From an uncultured Candidatus Saccharibacteria bacterium (GTDB taxonomy: Bacteria; Patescibacteriota; Minisyncoccia; Phycocordibacterales; CAIZLB01), in NCBI GenBank assembly GCA_964450605.1, contig CAYVEK010000001.1:8430-72429 (forward strand): a stretch of DNA of 64,000 nt, in the 5' to 3' direction. This document shows positions 20,257-32,637 of this stretch, piece by piece. The translations under genes were made by a program, and so were the position numbers. Positions within the stretch are counted from its first letter, which is position 1, and each line of letters opens with the position of its first letter. Below the pieces are notes generated by a model. The model saw nothing but the letters and a program-made list of their open reading frames with translations. It had not been told where the DNA came from and did no database searches.

Positions 20257-20955
20257 ATGAAAAAAATAATTATCGCATTAGTACTGATAGTAGGTGTTGG
20301 CTTCATTGTATTTTCAAGTATAAAAAAATCTGAGTTTTCAAATGAAAAAAACCGCGCAGCAACACTTATGTTGGGTGATGAATCTGATGAATCAGGAAAT
20401 ATACTTCTTGATCAAGAAGATGAAGATTCTCATGAAGATAATTCAAATATAAGTGGTTCTGAAATGGTAAAGCCGATAGTTGGTTGTAGAAATCCAATGG
20501 CGTGTAATTTCGATGAAACTGCTACTGTCAACGGAGGTATGTGTGATTATGCTTTCTGGTCTGCGCCTAAAAGCTCAGAACCTTCAGAGCTATTTCCAAA
20601 AGAATTTTATTTTGTAGAGCCTGATCATACTGTACGTCTAAATCCTAAACCATTCGAATCAAAAAATAATACAGATTCAAAAGAAGCTTTTATAAAAGTT
20701 GTACCTAAGAAAGTATGTCAGGCATCTGGTTGTGTGGCGCTTAGTATCATACGGTTCTCTATGCCAGCAGGAGAGTTGCCTGTTATTACAGATCCAGCAT
20801 TTAAACCTACAATTGAAACAAAAGGATGGGTTACTAAAAAGACAGCTAATGCTGTTATAGGAATGAAAGCTTGTGATCAAGCTCAGAAACCTGTAGTGCC
20901 AGCAAAATATAAACAAGATCCGATTCGACTCGATCCAAAATCTAAAACTAGATAA
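20257..20955 (+). CDS. membrane-anchored hypothetical protein with one GC.NP.ACNF...A....G.C.Y motif
   Basis: N-terminal TM; Cys-rich motif. Confidence 0.7.
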   Translation: MKKIIIALVLIVGVGFIVFSSIKKSEFSNEKNRAATLMLGDESDESGNILLDQEDEDSHEDNSNISGSEMVKPIVGCRNPMACNFDETATVNGGMCDYAFWSAPKSSEPSELFPKEFYFVEPDHTVRLNPKPFESKNNTDSKEAFIKVVPKKVCQASGCVALSIIRFSMPAGELPVITDPAFKPTIETKGWVTKKTANAVIGMKACDQAQKPVVPAKYKQDPIRLDPKSKTR

Positions 20956-20966
20956 CCGATCAAAAT

Positions 20967-21000
20967 CAAAAAACCGAGTCGGTGATGACTCGGTTTTTTG
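20967..21000. terminator. bidirectional intrinsic terminator
   Basis: CAAAAAACCGAGTC/GACTCGGTTTTTTG inverted repeat between convergent genes. Confidence 0.9.
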
Positions 21001-21013
21001 ATTTGTTAGCGTA

Positions 21014-21361
21014 TTACGCGATAACTGATTTTACAAATCTTTCAAATACAGCTGGTTCATTCTGGGCCATATCAGCCATGATCTTTCGATCAACTTCGAT
21101 ATTTTTCTTTTTAAGTGTCCCGATGAATTTACTGTATGTAAGACCGTGAGTTCGTAGTGCTGCGTTTATCTTAACATTCCACAATCTTCGAAAATCTCCT
21201 TTTTTATCTCGTCGATGAGTGAAAGCTGTGTTAAGTGAGTGAACAATCTGTTCGTAGGCTAGTTTTTCTTTACTTTTTCTTGGACCACGAAAACCTTTTG
21301 CCATCTTTAGAACATTTCGTCGTGTTTTCGCTGCATGAACTCCTTTTTTTACTCGTACCAT
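21014..21361 (-). CDS. rplT: 50S ribosomal protein L20
   Basis: MVRVKKG, AKGFRG, RRLWNVKINAA, YSKFI, DRK. Confidence 0.98.
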   Translation of the reverse strand: MVRVKKGVHAAKTRRNVLKMAKGFRGPRKSKEKLAYEQIVHSLNTAFTHRRDKKGDFRRLWNVKINAALRTHGLTYSKFIGTLKKKNIEVDRKIMADMAQNEPAVFERFVKSVIA

Positions 21362-21403
21362 ATGTTTAACGTATTAGATTAATGTAGATAAATAGGGGAT
21401 TGA

Positions 21404-21595
21404 TTATAGATGTGCTAAGAAACGTCGTTTCTCTTTTGATGTCATACTAAAATCAGTCATTCGTTTTTTTGCGAGCTGTTTTCGTCCACTCTCCTTAGCG
21501 TTGAAGTGTCCGTGTCCAGTTCCTCGAACTTTGATTTTGCCATTTTTACTTACTTTAAGTCTTTTGGCGAAAGATTTATTTGATTTTACTGCCAT
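21404..21595 (-). CDS. rpmI: 50S ribosomal protein L35
   Basis: KSNKSFAKRLKVSKNGK; between infC and rplT. Confidence 0.92.
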   Translation of the reverse strand: MAVKSNKSFAKRLKVSKNGKIKVRGTGHGHFNAKESGRKQLAKKRMTDFSMTSKEKRRFLAHL

Positions 21596-21621
21596 ACTTT
21601 TTGTGCAAATTATAATTAATA

Positions 21622-21686
21622 AGTCTCGAGGCGAGAACCACTAAGGGTTCTACTTCTAGTGCCTTGTCGACGGATCATGTCGTTGA
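21622..21686 (-). promoter_or_regulatory. L20-leader-like autoregulatory RNA
   Basis: AAGUAGAACC-cuuagu-GGUUCUCGCC resembles the L20 leader consensus AAGyAGAA...UUCUCrCC; directly upstream of rpmI-rplT. Confidence 0.65.
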
Positions 21687-22244
21687 TTATTTCTTTTTTT
21701 CAATCACCAAAGCCGGTCCTTTAGGTCCTTTTTTGATGGGAACAGATATTCGATAATCTACTGATATAAGGTTAAGGTATTTTTGAAGCTTTTCCTGTAA
21801 AAAGGCATCATCGAGGATGAATTTTGATCGTCCTGAGATAAATAGCTCTACTTTTACCTGATTGCCTTCTTCGAGCCATTCTGAGGCTTTTTTAGCCTTC
21901 ATAGATAGGTCGTTTTCTCCAGTACCTATCTTTATCTGAATATTCTTAATCTCAACGACTCGGGCAGTAGCTTTTGAGGCTTTCTGCTTCTTGTTCTCGT
22001 CATACTGAAATTTACCATAATCCTGGATTTTTGCAACAGGCGGGTTGGCATTTGGAGATATCTCTATAAGGTCAAGGCCGGCCTCTTCGGCAAGGGCTCG
22101 GGCAGCAGAATTGCTCATCACACCGAGATTATTGCCTTCAGCGTCGATAACTCGTAGTTCAGGCGCTTTTATATAGTGGTTTATATTGATTCGAGGGGTA
22201 TTATTTCGGGGATTGTTGTAGGAGTTGTTGTATGGTTGAGCCAA
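21687..22244 (-). CDS. infC: translation initiation factor IF-3
   Basis: LRVID..G..LG, LDLIEISPNANPPVAKIQDYGKF. Confidence 0.97.
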   Translation of the reverse strand: MAQPYNNSYNNPRNNTPRININHYIKAPELRVIDAEGNNLGVMSNSAARALAEEAGLDLIEISPNANPPVAKIQDYGKFQYDENKKQKASKATARVVEIKNIQIKIGTGENDLSMKAKKASEWLEEGNQVKVELFISGRSKFILDDAFLQEKLQKYLNLISVDYRISVPIKKGPKGPALVIEKKK

Positions 22245-22380
22245 GGTTTTTGTGTGTTTTGCTTAAATTATCTTTGTTTTTATAGGGATATTGTAGCAGG
22301 GGGATGGGGATGTGGCAAGGGGGTTAGATGATTATGTAAATGTTTTCAGGCCAGTGAATCATTACGATGATATTGACATA

Positions 22381-22486
22381 TTGGATAATTATGATATGCA
22401 ATATATAATATAGAGTACATTGAAATTTTGCGAGATCACCGTAGCTACAAGCTGTCTAATTCCTAGACATTTTCTAGCTACGGTGA
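22381..22486 (+). promoter_or_regulatory. sigma70 promoter, boxA-like motif and leader hairpin
   Basis: TTGGAT-17-TATAAT; GTACATTGAAA at 22415; TCACCGTAGCTA/TAGCTACGGTGA stem. Confidence 0.55.
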
Positions 22487-22565
22487 CACAGGTTATCCTC
22501 TGGCAAATCACAATCATAGGACACGTTCAAAAGAACACGTCCACATCCAATAGAACAAACACGTC

Positions 22566-23168
22566 ATGGCTGACACGTCTGAAATGATTAGTCTCCCGCA
22601 GGCCCTCGAACTCGCGCATGCGCTTCTGCGCAACGGTTGGAAGCCAGCCGATGTGAAGTGGCTCAGCGTTGGCGAACGCCTCGCAGCGGTCCTTCCTCTG
22701 GTGCGAGGAACGGCTGAGATCAAGATCGTCAAACATCTGATTGATCTTGCAGTCGATCCCTTCGTTCCCGACAGTTGCAAAGGCGTCGAGCATCACGAAA
22801 AAGGCGCCACAGACTTCGAATGGGATCCGGCCAAGGTTCGCCTCCATATCTCCGAGAACCAGAAAGACAGCAAGAAGGTCGAAGGTAACGAGCTCCGCAA
22901 GGAGCTCGCTAAAGAAATGTCGTTCAATGCCAACCTTCTGGACTACCTCCTGAAGAATCCGCACCTCATTCCCGAGGAGTGGAAGAAAGATGAGGCGGGC
23001 AACACCCGCTACATCTACATCTACTTCTGGGGGACGATCTACCGCGGCTCCGATGACTACCAGTGTGTCCGCTACCTCTACTGGAATGGTACGGAGTGGG
23101 ACTGGGACGTCGATTGGCTCGACAGTCATTGGGAATCAAGCTACCCTGCTGCTTGTCTCGCAAAGTAG
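22566..23168 (+). CDS. GC-rich hypothetical protein, DGR-target (CLec-like C-terminus) type
   Basis: LLKNPHLIPEEWK, FWGTIYR, VRYLYWNG..W.W...WLD..W....PAA.LA. Confidence 0.75.
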   Translation: MADTSEMISLPQALELAHALLRNGWKPADVKWLSVGERLAAVLPLVRGTAEIKIVKHLIDLAVDPFVPDSCKGVEHHEKGATDFEWDPAKVRLHISENQKDSKKVEGNELRKELAKEMSFNANLLDYLLKNPHLIPEEWKKDEAGNTRYIYIYFWGTIYRGSDDYQCVRYLYWNGTEWDWDVDWLDSHWESSYPAACLAK

Positions 23169-23257
23169 GCTAGACTTCAAGTCTTGTCCACTTCGGTCTG
23201 GCCCTTCGGCGATTTATCGCCAAACGCTCAGGAAGATACAGCGTTCGTAAACTTCCG

Positions 23258-23285
23258 GCCCTGTGCATTCGCGCAGGGTCTTTTC
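23258..23285 (+). terminator. intrinsic terminator-like hairpin
   Basis: GGCCCTGTGC-attc-GCGCAGGGTC then TTTT. Confidence 0.65.
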
Positions 23286-23425
23286 ATATATAAATTATGA
23301 CAGGTATTTAAACTGTGTCTAAGAGTAGAATATTCGCCAATCTTGATAACGATTCAAAACCGCAGGCCTTAAAATTTTATTTCGGACTTTTAAAACATGG
23401 AAACATCAGAAAACTGCAAGATCTT

Positions 23426-24499
23426 TTACAAAACCCCCTTAAACACTCCAACAATCTTTTCCAAAAACTTATCCCACAAACTTCGATTTAACCACTCGGC
23501 GTATTTTACAGTTTCTGAATTTTCATGAAGTTTCGCTATGTCTTTTTTTACAGTTTCAACAGTTATATCATCTCGCACAAAAACTCCATTTTCAAAGTTG
23601 TATCGAAGTGAGATATTGTCGAGGTTTAGACTTCCTATAAAAACAGTATCGTCCAGTATGGATACTTTTGCATGTAACATGTCTCTACAAAGGTGAATAC
23701 GTACTCCTTGTTTTAATAGTTTTGTAAAATATGTCCGAGCTGCTATATCAACCGTTCGATAGTCGGTATTTTGAGGAAGGTATATATCAACTTCAACCCC
23801 TTTTCTTTTTGCGCGTAAAATTTCAGATACAAATTGTCTACCAGGTACAAAATACGGAGCGATGAGAGTTATGCTTCGAGTTGCTGATTTTAGTAGTTTC
23901 AAATACGTATAATATATGTGACGTGCTCGCAAAAGAGGGGCTTGATATGCGTATTGATGCGTATGAAGTGGGTCAAGACTGTAAGAAAACTTTTTTTCAT
24001 GATGAAAACGAATACTTCGTCTCTTTGCATATCGAAGCATGTTTTTAAAATCAGCTACTGCTCGGTGTATCACATGCTCATTTGTAATAGGTAGGTTTGC
24101 ATCAATCCAGTTTTGTGTTTTATTTCCTATGCACCATCCTCCCATGTACACAATCTTATTATCTATGATAAGCGATCGTTTATGATTGCGAAAAAACCAT
24201 GAGCGTTTGTTTTTGAAGCTCCAAGGAGTGAGCCAGTTAAAATATTCTATATGAACTCCAGCAGTTGTTGCATTTTTTTCTTCGCGACTACCGCTCAAGT
24301 CTCGTGCACCGAGTGCGTCGAAAAGACAGTGTACTTTAACTCCATGTGAAGCTTTATGTGCGAGAGCTTTTATAAAACTTTTGCCGATTTCGTCGTTGTC
24401 AAAATAAAACGTCTGAAAAAATATTTCATGTTCTGCCTGCTGTATTGCAGAGAGGAGTTCGTCTACGATATCAGATGTTTTTTTGACAATAGGGTTCAT
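23426..24499 (-). CDS. phospholipase D family / cardiolipin synthase-like
   Basis: Two HKD motifs (NHKRSLIID, LHAKVSILD), APYFVP, GSLNLD..S...NFE. Confidence 0.9.
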   Translation of the reverse strand: MNPIVKKTSDIVDELLSAIQQAEHEIFFQTFYFDNDEIGKSFIKALAHKASHGVKVHCLFDALGARDLSGSREEKNATTAGVHIEYFNWLTPWSFKNKRSWFFRNHKRSLIIDNKIVYMGGWCIGNKTQNWIDANLPITNEHVIHRAVADFKNMLRYAKRRSIRFHHEKKFSYSLDPLHTHQYAYQAPLLRARHIYYTYLKLLKSATRSITLIAPYFVPGRQFVSEILRAKRKGVEVDIYLPQNTDYRTVDIAARTYFTKLLKQGVRIHLCRDMLHAKVSILDDTVFIGSLNLDNISLRYNFENGVFVRDDITVETVKKDIAKLHENSETVKYAEWLNRSLWDKFLEKIVGVFKGVL

Positions 24500-24502
24500 G
24501 TA

Positions 24503-25690
24503 TTATTTTACTTTAGCAAAATTGAATTTACCTTTTTGTAATACATCTCCGGATGATAGGGTAGTAGACATATCTTCAACGACAGAACCATTTATCTTTA
24601 CACCTTTTTCCTCAAGAACTCTTCGAGCTTCACTTTTACTTTTCACAAGATTACTTTGAACGAGTGCACTCACTACGTCTTTTTCTGCACCTAGTTGAAA
24701 TTCAGGAACGTCTGTAGGTATCTCTTTGTCTTGTATGGTTTTCTTAAAGTATTCATCAGCCTTGTCTGCTTCAATGTCGCTGTGATACATAGAAACAAGT
24801 GTGTGAGCGAGTTTCTTTTTTGCATCCATCGGATGAAGAGAATTATTTGCAAGTTGTGTTTTTATCTCTTCAACTTCTGCCATAGGTACTCGAGTGAGTA
24901 GTGTAAAATAATCTACGATTAATTCGTCTTGCATACTCATAACTTTTCCATACATTGTATTTGGATCATCCATCAAGTTTATAGTGTTACCCCAACTTGA
25001 ACTCATTTTTCTTCCGTCGAGTCCGTTTACGATAGGGCACATCATTATCTGTTGTTCTGGTTGTCCATATAGCTTTTGTAGTGTTCGTCCAGCAAGTAGG
25101 TTGAATCGCTGGTCAGTTCCTCCGAGCTCAACATCTGCATGTAGTGCTACAGAGTCGTATCCTTGCATAAGAGGATACATAAGTTCACGCATAGATACTC
25201 GAGATCCACTCTCTATACGTTTTGCTATAAGTTCTCGACCAATAAAATCATTGATAGAAAAAGCATCAGCCTGTTTACATACTTCAAGATATGACAACTT
25301 TGACAACCATTCACTGTTTCGTACAACTTCAACTTTTGATATGTCGAGTATTTTTCCAACCTGCTCGAGATATGTTTCCATATTTTTCTTAACCGTATCT
25401 TCGACAAGCATTGGTCGTTCTGCGTTTTTATCAGAAGTATCACCGATAACTCCAGTAAAATCACCGATCAAAAAGATAACTTGATGACCAAGATTTTGAA
25501 AATCTCGAAGCTTTAAAAGGGGGATAGTTCGTCCTAGGTGGATGTTTGGACTTGTAGGGTCTATACCGAGTTTTATACGAAGAGGTTTACCTTCGGCAAG
25601 TTTCTTTTTAAGTTCTTCTTCGTGAATGATCTCAACAACACCTCGTTTGAGCAGGGTGGTTGTCAGGTCGTCTGTATGTGTATGTGCCAT
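24503..25690 (-). CDS. tyrS: tyrosine--tRNA ligase
   Basis: GIDPTSPNIHLG, YPLMQGYD, GGTDQ, KMSSS, C-terminal S4 domain. Confidence 0.97.
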   Translation of the reverse strand: MAHTHTDDLTTTLLKRGVVEIIHEEELKKKLAEGKPLRIKLGIDPTSPNIHLGRTIPLLKLRDFQNLGHQVIFLIGDFTGVIGDTSDKNAERPMLVEDTVKKNMETYLEQVGKILDISKVEVVRNSEWLSKLSYLEVCKQADAFSINDFIGRELIAKRIESGSRVSMRELMYPLMQGYDSVALHADVELGGTDQRFNLLAGRTLQKLYGQPEQQIMMCPIVNGLDGRKMSSSWGNTINLMDDPNTMYGKVMSMQDELIVDYFTLLTRVPMAEVEEIKTQLANNSLHPMDAKKKLAHTLVSMYHSDIEADKADEYFKKTIQDKEIPTDVPEFQLGAEKDVVSALVQSNLVKSKSEARRVLEEKGVKINGSVVEDMSTTLSSGDVLQKGKFNFAKVK

Positions 25691-25780
25691 AATATATGTA
25701 GTATGCGGGTTTTTGGAGTGGGTGGCAAGGGGGTACTTTATATACTGAAATCCCGCTAAAACTATGCTACTATCAAAAAT

Positions 25781-28760
<2,980 letters not shown>

Positions 28761-28769
28761 ACCGTGCAA

Positions 28770-28966
28770 ATAAAAACCCGCCCTCAGTCGTTCTTTGTGT
28801 GCTTGTTCGATACCCAAACCAAATATGCACTGAAACGAAAGAGGGACGGGCTCCATTTGAAAGAGGGGGTACCTACTAAACACTGATCTGTAGCCGCAAG
28901 CAACCAATAACGGTTCCAAATGCTCTGGTTCATCAGCAACCCCTCTTTCTCCCGAAAGTTCTTGTT
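28770..28966 (-). ncRNA. candidate structured sRNA A
   Basis: TTGCAT-17-TATGAT promoter; two long hairpin domains with G-U pairs favouring the minus strand; 3' U-tract. Confidence 0.5.
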
Positions 28967-29002
28967 ACATATAATCATAGTGTGTTTATGACTTATATGC
29001 AA

Positions 29003-29141
29003 ATAAAAAAAGGACCGCATCGCGCGTTTCCACGCGATGCGGTTGGAATTCGGGTCACAGGCGAAGTGACCCAAATCCACTTTTGGAACGGCCCGGCGAC
29101 CAAACCGGGACCGTTGTTCCTCGTTACCAACAAAGTGCTGT
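29003..29141 (-). ncRNA. candidate structured sRNA B (three hairpins)
   Basis: TTGACA-17-TATACT promoter; three GC-rich stems, the last followed by a U-tract. Confidence 0.6.
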
Positions 29142-29185
29142 CAACAAGTATAACCTTGCGGTTAAGTATTGTCAACATATTGTGT

Positions 29186-29293
29186 AAAAAAATGAACCCG
29201 GGGGAACCTGTGTCCCCCCGGGTCTGGCAGCTGGGAGAAAGTCTGACCTTAATCCCTTCGCACCAAGCGGTGGACGGATGGGCAGCTCCAGCA
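29186..29293 (-). ncRNA. candidate structured sRNA C
   Basis: TTGACA-17-TACAAA with TGn; CTGG/AGCTG..CAGCT/CCAG closing stem; GACCCGGGGG/CCCCCGGGTT terminator plus U-tract. Confidence 0.45.
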
Positions 29294-29318
29294 TCTATTT
29301 TGTATCATATCCAAGATA

Positions 29319-32300
29319 TCATGTCAATCTCTTCGCATGCTCATACACCAACCCCTTTTTATCCTCACGTTCAGACACTTTTCCTTTGAGAACGATACAG
29401 GCTTCGTTTTGTATGATGGCTCGAGCATCAGCTACCTGCTTAGGGAAGACAACAACCTCTATCTCTCCAGATAAATCCTTGAGCGTAAAGAAAATAATTT
29501 TTTTCATCGGGTCTTTTTTTGTTGGAATCTCTTTGACATTTTCAACGATCCCTCCAAGTATGTATGTTTTTTCTTCTTTTCCTTCAACTTTTACTTTGGC
29601 TATGTCAGTATCACGACTTTCTAAAATCTTTCTGTATTTATCAAGCGGGTGGCCTGAGATATAAAAACCAAGCAATTCTTTTTCCCACACCAAGTATTGC
29701 TGTTTCTGCGAAAAATCAATTTCTTTTTTAGCATGAACAGTTGTTGTTTCTTTAACAGGTTCTGTTTCAGCAAATAAACTAAAAAGATCTCCTTGTGATA
29801 CATCTTTTTTTGCTTGCTCTCGGTTATAGTCTAGATAACGATCAAGATTATCGAGAAGTTCCATACGATCTCCAAAAGAATCCATAGCACCTGATTTTAT
29901 AAGTGCTTCCATAGATTTTTTATTTAAACTTCTTTCTTGTATTCGTTCGAGGAAATTTTCTATTGTAGTAAATGGCCCATTGTTTTTTCTATTTTCTATA
30001 ATCACATCAGCTATAGCTTCTCCAAAGTTTTTAATACTATATAAACCAAAACGTATAGCATCTTTTTGGACACCGTCCACTTCTTGATAATTTTTAACAA
30101 CGGTAAATGTTCCAAAACTTTCATTGATATCTGGTGGAAGTATAGCGATACTCATACGTCGACACTCTTTTATAGATATAGCTACCGCATCAGTATCTCC
30201 GGCCTCAGCACTCAATATGGCGGCCATGTACTCACTAGGGAAGTTAGCCTTTAGATATGCGGTTATATATGAGACTCGTCCGTACGACACTGAGTGCGCT
30301 TTGTTAAATCCATACGCGGCAAATGGTTCAATCCATTTCCATACATCACGTGCTTTTTGATCAGACCATCCACTATGAGACACGCATCCTTTGATAAATT
30401 TTTCTTTTTGTAAGGCCATCTCTTCAGGAATCTTTTTACCTACAGCTTTTCGAAACTTATCAACTTCACCCCAACTGTATCCCGCGATCTTGTGAGCCAT
30501 CATGAGCAAGTCATCTTGATACACAAGCACTCCATATGTTTTATACAAAATCTCCTCAAGCAGAGGATCGGCATAGGTGATAAGGGAAGGGTTATGTTTT
30601 CGCTCTATATACAACGGGATGAACTGTATGGGTCCAGGTCGATACAAGGCAACCATGGCGTTGATGTCGTGTATTGTCGTTGGTTTAAGTTCAACGAGGT
30701 ATTTTGTCATACCTTCACCGTTTAATTGAAAGAGATCTTCAGTTTCTCCGCGTGCGAGAAGTTCAAATGTTTTTTTATCATCAAGAGGTAAGTTATCGAT
30801 ATCAAGATCAATACCAAAATTTCTCTTAACCATCTGTTTACACTCGAAAATAATTTTCAAGTTTTTTAATCCCAAGAAGTCGAATTTCAAAAGACCGGCT
30901 TCCTCGATAGAGTACATGTCATACTGACTGATGATTTTATTTTCACCTTTTGTATCGTACTGAAGAGCTGTAAAATCAGTAAGCTCTGTGGGAGCTATAA
31001 CCACTCCAGCTGCGTGTACAGAGATGTGACGTGCACAACCTTCAATCTTCTGTGCCATATCTATGATAGTCTTTACATCTATATCTTTCTCGTAGAGTTC
31101 TTTAAGTTCAGGTGTTATTTCAAGTGCGTGTTCTATAGTCATCGGGAAACCTTGAGATCCCATCGGTATGAGTTTAGAGATCTGGTCTCCGAGTGAGTAT
31201 GGATATCCAAGTGCTCGCGCTACATCGCGCACACTTCCTTTAGCAGCCATCGTTCCAAATGTTCCGATCTGTGCCACTTTATCTATGCCGTATTTTCGAC
31301 GAGCATAATCCACCATGTCATCACGTCTGTTATCGGCGTAGTCCATATCGATATCCGGTGCAGAAGGTCGTTCCGGGTTCAAGAAACGTTCAAAAGGAAT
31401 CTGGAATTCAAGAGGGTCTATGTGAGTAATACCAGATAGATATGTCACCATAGATCCAGAAACAGAACCTCGAATGTTTGAGAGGATTTCGTTTTCTTTT
31501 GCAAATGCCAAAAGATCAGACACAATCAAAAAGTAAGGAGAATATCCTTTTGTTTTAATAACTTCAAGTTCGTATTCAACTCGTTGTAAAACTTCAGGTG
31601 TTTTTTCGACATTTCTTTTTTCAAATCCTGCATACACAACATCTCTCAAAGCTTCATCAGCATTTTTTCCTTCAGGAAGTTCTATTTTAGGAAATACCCA
31701 TTTACCAAGTTCTATAACCACATCGCACATATCAGCGATTTTTGTAGTATTTGCAACTGCTTGTTTGAACAGTGTGTCGAGTTCTGGATTTTGTTCATCT
31801 GAAAAAAGTTCATCAACACGAGTGGGGGAGATAAAAGAATAATCAATATCATCTTCTGTAAAACGTTCAGGAGAGTTTGTTTGTACAGACATCATTGTTG
31901 ATCGAGCCTTTTTGTCTTCAGGATCCATGTACAGCACATCGTTTGTTGCAACCGGCTGTATATTGTATTTTTGTATAAAACGTAATACCCGTGATTCGAT
32001 TTGGTTGTCGTCCACGATTTCATTATGGCGAGTTATCTCATAAAACACATTTGGAGCCCCGTATGTATTTTGTAAAAAGGTAAATTCTTTAAGTGCAGAT
32101 TCTTCATCGTCCATCTTGAGCGCATCGGTGACTTTACTATGCAAAAAGGGGACAATGCATATAAAATCGGAATTATATTTTTGTATCAGCTCTGCATCTA
32201 TTCGAGGTTTATAGTAGTAACCTTCGAGGTTTGAATCTGTAACAAGTTTTATAAGATTTAAATATCCTTGGTAGTTCTTTGCCAGCAAAATATGTCGAGT

Positions 32301-32555
32301 TCTTTTGGTATCGAGTCGACCTTCTTTATCATGACGAGTTCTGTTTGCTACATAAAAATCAACACCGATAATAGGTTTTATATTTGCTGATTTGCATTCT
32401 TTGTAAAATTCTATAGCTGCATAGAGGTTTCCGTTGTCAGTAAGCGCTAAAGCATTCATACCATAAGACACTGCTCGTTTAACCAAATCCGGTATTTTAG
32501 GAACTGCCTGCAAGAGACTATAGTGGCTGTGAACATGGAGATGAACGAAAGACAT
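29319..32555 (-). CDS. dnaE: DNA polymerase III alpha subunit
   Basis: PHP HLHVHSHYS, PDIDMD, HAAGVV, KFDFLGL, FNKAH, clamp motif QGDLF, OB fold. Confidence 0.98.
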   Translation of the reverse strand: MSFVHLHVHSHYSLLQAVPKIPDLVKRAVSYGMNALALTDNGNLYAAIEFYKECKSANIKPIIGVDFYVANRTRHDKEGRLDTKRTRHILLAKNYQGYLNLIKLVTDSNLEGYYYKPRIDAELIQKYNSDFICIVPFLHSKVTDALKMDDEESALKEFTFLQNTYGAPNVFYEITRHNEIVDDNQIESRVLRFIQKYNIQPVATNDVLYMDPEDKKARSTMMSVQTNSPERFTEDDIDYSFISPTRVDELFSDEQNPELDTLFKQAVANTTKIADMCDVVIELGKWVFPKIELPEGKNADEALRDVVYAGFEKRNVEKTPEVLQRVEYELEVIKTKGYSPYFLIVSDLLAFAKENEILSNIRGSVSGSMVTYLSGITHIDPLEFQIPFERFLNPERPSAPDIDMDYADNRRDDMVDYARRKYGIDKVAQIGTFGTMAAKGSVRDVARALGYPYSLGDQISKLIPMGSQGFPMTIEHALEITPELKELYEKDIDVKTIIDMAQKIEGCARHISVHAAGVVIAPTELTDFTALQYDTKGENKIISQYDMYSIEEAGLLKFDFLGLKNLKIIFECKQMVKRNFGIDLDIDNLPLDDKKTFELLARGETEDLFQLNGEGMTKYLVELKPTTIHDINAMVALYRPGPIQFIPLYIERKHNPSLITYADPLLEEILYKTYGVLVYQDDLLMMAHKIAGYSWGEVDKFRKAVGKKIPEEMALQKEKFIKGCVSHSGWSDQKARDVWKWIEPFAAYGFNKAHSVSYGRVSYITAYLKANFPSEYMAAILSAEAGDTDAVAISIKECRRMSIAILPPDINESFGTFTVVKNYQEVDGVQKDAIRFGLYSIKNFGEAIADVIIENRKNNGPFTTIENFLERIQERSLNKKSMEALIKSGAMDSFGDRMELLDNLDRYLDYNREQAKKDVSQGDLFSLFAETEPVKETTTVHAKKEIDFSQKQQYLVWEKELLGFYISGHPLDKYRKILESRDTDIAKVKVEGKEEKTYILGGIVENVKEIPTKKDPMKKIIFFTLKDLSGEIEVVVFPKQVADARAIIQNEACIVLKGKVSEREDKKGLVYEHAKRLT

Positions 32556-32585
32556 GTGGGTTTATTATAGCTGATTTTGGGGTAA

Positions 32586-32616
32586 GAAAAAACCCTACTT
32601 TTTGTAGGATTTTTTC
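32586..32616 (-). terminator. terminator-like hairpin downstream of the DsbA-like gene
   Basis: AAAAAACCCTAC-ttttt-GTAGGATTTTTT. Confidence 0.55.
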
Positions 32617-32637
32617 GATTTCTATGGTTTATTTTTT

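Noticed and set aside
22527-23129. 200-aa minus-strand ORF and other overlapping frames
   Set aside because: Antisense shadow of the GC-rich plus-strand gene, which has a promoter, a terminator and a recognisable motif.
28905-28940. CUGAUGA on the minus strand as a hammerhead ribozyme core
   Set aside because: No GAAA after stem II and no matching stems I/III.
28784-29389. ORFs of 61-135 aa over the tgt-dnaE intergenic region
   Set aside because: They cross promoters and terminators and show no protein-like features; RNA structure explains the region better.
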